From NCBI GenBank assembly GCA_963705305.1, contig OY970067.1, positions 1,824,001 through 1,888,000 of the forward strand: a stretch of DNA of 64,000 nucleotides. Direction: 5' to 3'. Shown piece by piece: positions 59,831 through 64,000 of this stretch. The notes beneath the pieces are model-generated. The model searched no databases and was not told the DNA's origin. It saw only the letters and a list, made by a program, of their open reading frames with translations. The translations under genes were made by a program, and so were the position numbers. The stretch's first letter is position 1, and the number at the start of each line of letters is the position of its first letter. This DNA comes from an uncultured Methylomirabilota bacterium (GTDB taxonomy: Bacteria; Methylomirabilota; Methylomirabilia; Methylomirabilales; 2-02-FULL-66-22).

Positions 59831-61033
59831 ATGGGAAAGACCTGTCGTATAGCGGCTCTTATGATTCTAGTTTTGGGGATTTCGCTGCCCTCGTTCGGGG
59901 CGCAGGGGAGCGGTGTCGGCAACCCGATCAAAGTGGGAAATCTCATCACCCTGACTGGGCCGAACTCAAGCCCTGGGATCGGCATCCAGCGGGGGATGAC
60001 GCTCGCAGTCGAGGAAATCAATAAGGCGGGTGGAATTCAAGGGCGCAAGATTGAGCTCATCAGCCGGGACACCCAAGGGGATCCGACGAAAGCTGTGAAT
60101 GCGGCCCTGGAGCTGATCAACAATGAGAAGGTGGAATTCATTGTCGGTCCCACGAACTCGGGCGAGGGGATGGCAACTACCTCGCTGATCTCGCGCCACA
60201 AACAGGTTCTGAGTATAGTGATCGGGGCGGCGGATGAATTGATTGATGCCGAGAAGTATCCCTACGCCTTCCGGATTTTCCCATCCAATTCCCAGTGGAT
60301 CGGTGCGGCGAACGATTACCTCGTGAATATCTTGAAGGCCAAGAAGATCGGTCTCCTGGGGGACACAACGGGCTATGGGACGGCATCGGTGAACTTAGCC
60401 GAGCGAATGCTCAAAGAGCGTGGGATAGACGTCGTTTACCGGGGCCTCGTGGAACCAACCCAAGCCGACGTGCTCGCCGATGTACGCAAAGCCCGAAGTT
60501 CGGGGGCCGAGGCGATGGACGTTTGGACGAATGCGACCGGCCTGATTGCCCGATTCCTGAACGGACGGGCCGAGTTGGGTTGGAGCGCCCCGTTTGCTGG
60601 TCATCCGTCCTTGGCTCATGCCCAGACGAAAGCCCTGCTTGCAAAGCCGGACAACTGGAAAGACGTGTACCAGGTTGGCTACCGATCCATGAGCTACGAC
60701 GAGGCCGGCACGTTGCCGGAGAGCACACAGAAGCTGCTGACACTTCTGAGGGAAGCGGGTGCGCCCATCGGCGACACCCCTCTGTTCTTTATTGCTTCCG
60801 GATACGATACGGTCCATCTCATTCGCTATGGAATGGAGGGAGCCGGCTCGAGCAAAGCAGACGACGTGCGGCGGTTCCTGAACTCCGGCAAGACATTTCC
60901 AGGGACCTGGTGTAGGTGCACGTATTCCCCAACCAACCATAACGGCTTCGCCACAGCCAACGTCGTGATGAACCGCGCCGATTCATTCCGGAGTGACGGA
61001 ACCTATGCCCTTGCCCCCGGCTACGGGAAGTAG
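59831..61033 (+). CDS. ABC substrate-binding protein, branched-chain amino acid type
   Basis: Signal peptide; IKVG...LTG...AVEEINKAGGIQGRKIEL..RDTQGDP. Confidence 0.9.
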   Translation: MGKTCRIAALMILVLGISLPSFGAQGSGVGNPIKVGNLITLTGPNSSPGIGIQRGMTLAVEEINKAGGIQGRKIELISRDTQGDPTKAVNAALELINNEKVEFIVGPTNSGEGMATTSLISRHKQVLSIVIGAADELIDAEKYPYAFRIFPSNSQWIGAANDYLVNILKAKKIGLLGDTTGYGTASVNLAERMLKERGIDVVYRGLVEPTQADVLADVRKARSSGAEAMDVWTNATGLIARFLNGRAELGWSAPFAGHPSLAHAQTKALLAKPDNWKDVYQVGYRSMSYDEAGTLPESTQKLLTLLREAGAPIGDTPLFFIASGYDTVHLIRYGMEGAGSSKADDVRRFLNSGKTFPGTWCRCTYSPTNHNGFATANVVMNRADSFRSDGTYALAPGYGK

Positions 61034-61312
61034 TCGCCGAGGAGAGGTCCCGGACAGCATGCCGTGGATACGCTGGAACTCGCCGGTGGAAGTCCGGCCT
61101 TGGGAGCGGGCTTCGGGCGTGTGTCGCATAATCAGATGAGGGCTATCCGATGCTCCTGAAGCCCCCCGATGACAAGCAGGCGGTTCTCGAAGAGCTGGAA
61201 CGTCTCGCGGTGGCGGCGCCTCCCCGGAAGCGGGACTGTCTCCTGGCGGACCTGGGCAAGGCGACGTAAATTGCAGCGCGCTTTCTTCCAAGCGAGGCAA
61301 ACGAGGGATTTC

Positions 61313-61783
61313 ATGCGCCGAGCAACAGGAGCAAGGAATCAACAGACGGCCCGGGCCGGGGAGTATTTTGTCGCGGCGGAGTTGTCCCGGAGGGGGGCCT
61401 ATGCAGTTACATTTGCGGGTAACATGCCGCGAATCGACGTTCTCGCCAGCAATCTGGACATCTCTCGTACAGTGAGACTCCAAGTGAAGACACGGAAGGC
61501 AGGTTCTTGGCAAACCTCGATCGATGAGGGGAGGAGATGCCGAAGAACACAGAACAATACTGAATTCTGGGTCTTTGTCGATTTGGTTGATCCTCCGTCT
61601 TCCCCAGACTATTACGTTGTGCCCGCTTGGTGGATCCGACGCAACATTTTTCAGGCCCACCAGGCATATCTTGCGCGACATGGCGGTGTCCGCGCGGTCA
61701 GCCCTTCGTCGAAGCACCACAGCATCACGCTAGGCCGCATTCGCCAGTGGGAAGATCGGTGGGATTTACTGGGAATATTCTGA
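61313..61783 (+). CDS. Small PD-(D/E)XK endonuclease
   Basis: AGEYFVAAELSRRG...IDVLA...LQVK. Confidence 0.8.
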   Translation: MRRATGARNQQTARAGEYFVAAELSRRGAYAVTFAGNMPRIDVLASNLDISRTVRLQVKTRKAGSWQTSIDEGRRCRRTQNNTEFWVFVDLVDPPSSPDYYVVPAWWIRRNIFQAHQAYLARHGGVRAVSPSSKHHSITLGRIRQWEDRWDLLGIF

Positions 61784-62725
61784 AGTCTGGCAGGTTCTGG
61801 GGGACGTTGTTGACTCAGTGGACTTGCCAATCAAGGGAGGTTATCGGAAGGCAGGGTGTGGAGATGCGGGGTCTCGCCGCTAGTCCGTCCCCGGGAAAGA
61901 CACCGAGGGGACGTTGTAACATTAATTACCTTGTTCGATGCCGGGGCGCTATGTCCACGAGTTGAGGATCTCCGGCGCCAAAGGCGGCGGGTAGGGATAG
62001 CGCACACGAAGGGAGAAAGACCATCCGGCAGAAGGCAGCGGACAGGCGATGAAAGGCCGGAGGCAGGGGCCGAGCACCGCGAGCCGGGCGGCGGGGCTGC
62101 CGAAGAATTGAAGCGGCCACGCCCCCTGCGTGTTTACTTCCCCCTGGTTCTGGCACCGCTCGCACCGGGCCGCATGGGTCACGACCGCCATATCAGCGCT
62201 CCCCCATCCAGAGCCACATGGGGTCACCCAGCAGAGCCGGTCGGGGGTTGTCCAGACTGAGCCACCCCAATGGTCGAACGGACAGCACTGGCGGCTTCTG
62301 GCGGTTTGTGTTATCTTCTTTAGGGTTGAGCGTGTGCCACGTCCAATCCTGAGCTTCGTGGGCCCCACGTCTCTCTTGGGCGATCCGCGGCGGCTCAGTG
62401 TGGGTGATCCAGGCAACCCTCCCTACGCGACCATTGACACGCATGGATCGCGCAGCACTGCTGGCCTGGTCCAATGCCTGCCCGCGTGCTCGCGACACCT
62501 CGATCTGGTTGTGCCCGTTTGGAGCTACACCAAGTACGGAGACCTTGCGAGCGTGGTCCCGGACCAGGTCCTCGCGCGGGCGGGACCGTACTATTCCCCG
62601 GGCATTCCTCAACAGCCGATTTCGTTGTCCCGCGGGCCAGGAAACACAAGCTGAGAAGGCGAAAGGAGCGATTGACGAAAGGTGTCATCGGTCACGGGTT
62701 CGTTTTGTCCAACAAGGAGGATTCG

Positions 62726-64000
62726 ATGAAACACGTCAGGTGTGTATTCGCAATCGCCTTCGCAGTCCTGATGTTTCTCTGTGTCATGCCTCCGTCCAGC
62801 TCTGCAGCGGATAACGTACTGCGAATCGGATACGATGCCTCGGATTTGATCGATCTTCACCCACATTTTGCCCAGGCGACGCAAGACAGAGCTGCGGTCC
62901 AATTGTTCTTCAACGGTCTCGTCCGCTACAAACCCGGGGACATCTCCCAATTCCAGCCAGACTTGGCCCAAAGCTGGTCGGTCTCGAAAGACGGGCGCAC
63001 CTGGACGTTTCACCTTCGCCGGGGGGTCATGGTTCACCCCTGGAATAATCATCCGGGGTATGAGCTGACCTCCGAGGATGTGGTCTATTCCTATCAATCG
63101 GCTGCCAATCCGGCTAAGTCCTCCAGGGCCGCTGAGTATGCAGGCATGACCTTCAAGGCCGACGGACCGTACACGGTCCGGGTGATCCTGGACAAGCCGG
63201 TGTCGGAACAACTCTTTCTCCCCAAGGTCGCTGCCTATTCCGCCGGGTTCGTCATTCCGAAGAAGCCCGCAGAAGAGATGGGGGAGGATTTTCGAAAGCA
63301 CCCCGTCGGAACGGGGCCCTTTATTTTCAAGGAGTATGTTCCCAAGCAGAAACTGGTAGCCGTAAGAAATGACAAGTACTTCCGAGGAGCTCCGAAGCTT
63401 GCAGGAGTAGAGCTGTACTATATGCCGGACCAGAGCAGTCGGAACTTCGCCCTGATGAACAAGGAGCTTGATGCGATTGAGGGCCCGCCCTCCCAGCCTT
63501 GGGTGGACGAGATGCACAAGGTCGCGGGGGTAACGGTGGACATCTTTGGACCAGGGGAGCAGGGAGATCTCCATTTCAACATGACGAAGCCCCCCCTGAA
63601 TGACATCAGAGTGCGGCGTGCTATCTCGTATGCCATCTCCCGCGATGAAGTTGTGGCGACGATCGGCGCATCCATCGGGACACCAGCCTATACCCAGACG
63701 CAGCGGCCTCAAGGGGGGTGGATGACAGCCGAGGAGCTGAAACAGCAAGGTCAAAAGGATAAGAAAGACTACCTGTATGCACGGGATCAGAAGAAGGCAA
63801 AAGCGCTTCTGGCGGCAGCCGGCTTCCCCAACGGCCTGACGCTGGAATTCTTCCAGACGGAGCGCGGGGAGTACATGATCCCCATGCAGAATATCCAGGC
63901 CCAGCTCAGGGAGGTGGGGATCACCCTGAAGTTTGATATGGTCGATCATACCACCTGGCACCAGAAGATTCGTGCGAACGAGTGCGCACTGGTGCTCTAC
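62726..64000 (+). CDS. ABC substrate-binding protein, family 5 (peptide/nickel); runs off the window, not in the ORF track
   Basis: AAGGAGG RBS; MKHVRCVFAIAF signal peptide; LFFNGLV, PDLAQSWSVSKDGRTWTFHLR, PVGTGPF. Confidence 0.9.
   Translation, partial: MKHVRCVFAIAFAVLMFLCVMPPSSSAADNVLRIGYDASDLIDLHPHFAQATQDRAAVQLFFNGLVRYKPGDISQFQPDLAQSWSVSKDGRTWTFHLRRGVMVHPWNNHPGYELTSEDVVYSYQSAANPAKSSRAAEYAGMTFKADGPYTVRVILDKPVSEQLFLPKVAAYSAGFVIPKKPAEEMGEDFRKHPVGTGPFIFKEYVPKQKLVAVRNDKYFRGAPKLAGVELYYMPDQSSRNFALMNKELDAIEGPPSQPWVDEMHKVAGVTVDIFGPGEQGDLHFNMTKPPLNDIRVRRAISYAISRDEVVATIGASIGTPAYTQTQRPQGGWMTAEELKQQGQKDKKDYLYARDQKKAKALLAAAGFPNGLTLEFFQTERGEYMIPMQNIQAQLREVGITLKFDMVDHTTWHQKIRANECALVLY

Larger units (their letters stand above)
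52254..61113 (+). repeat. Dispersed intergenic repeat, five copies (52254, 54359, 56253, 58033, 61051)
   Basis: Consensus GGACA-GYRTGCCGTGGATACNCTGGAACTCGCCGGTGGAAGTCCGGCCYYGGGAGCGG. Confidence 0.9.

Noticed and set aside
52254..61113. Five-copy repeat as a CRISPR array or attC array
   Set aside because: Spacing is in kilobases, and the unit lacks RYYYAAC/GTTRRRY boxes and attC symmetry
16468..63961. Long overlapping ORFs such as 16468-18147(-), 20465-22249(+), 28685-30685(-), 44086-45468(-), 62609-63961(-)
   Set aside because: Shadow frames of well-supported genes in GC-rich DNA, with no recognisable motifs

Overview
A GC-rich bacterial accessory region. It opens with a Zn/Mn-type ABC transporter (1-2372) and ends in ABC solute-binding genes (59.8-64 kb). 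Between them is a mosaic of defence genes and mobile DNA. Defence-type genes include three HEPN-motif proteins, an Mrr-type endonuclease, several PD-(D/E)XK nucleases, a type I R-M operon, a methyltransferase-dGTPase fusion, a Ser/Thr kinase, and BrnTA and HicAB toxin-antitoxin pairs. Mobile elements include IS3, IS630, IS110, IS21, IS1380, a RAYT-like remnant, a group II intron, several MITEs and three attC-like sites with no integron integrase in the window. The main unexplained structure is a large serine recombinase (16543-18312) whose 3' end reads through a palindromic att-like site (TCCCC-CT-GGGGACACCA). Four more copies with exchanged arms follow (28506/30074, 32827, 33863, 34995) and delimit cargo segments that lack a site-specific recombinase, which suggests a serine-recombinase-driven cassette array. 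One of these sites has been hit exactly at its CT core by an IS110 whose putative bridge-RNA guides can be read from the sequence. Family assignments are from motif recognition by eye, with no database searches. Several single-base frameshifts could be sequencing errors.
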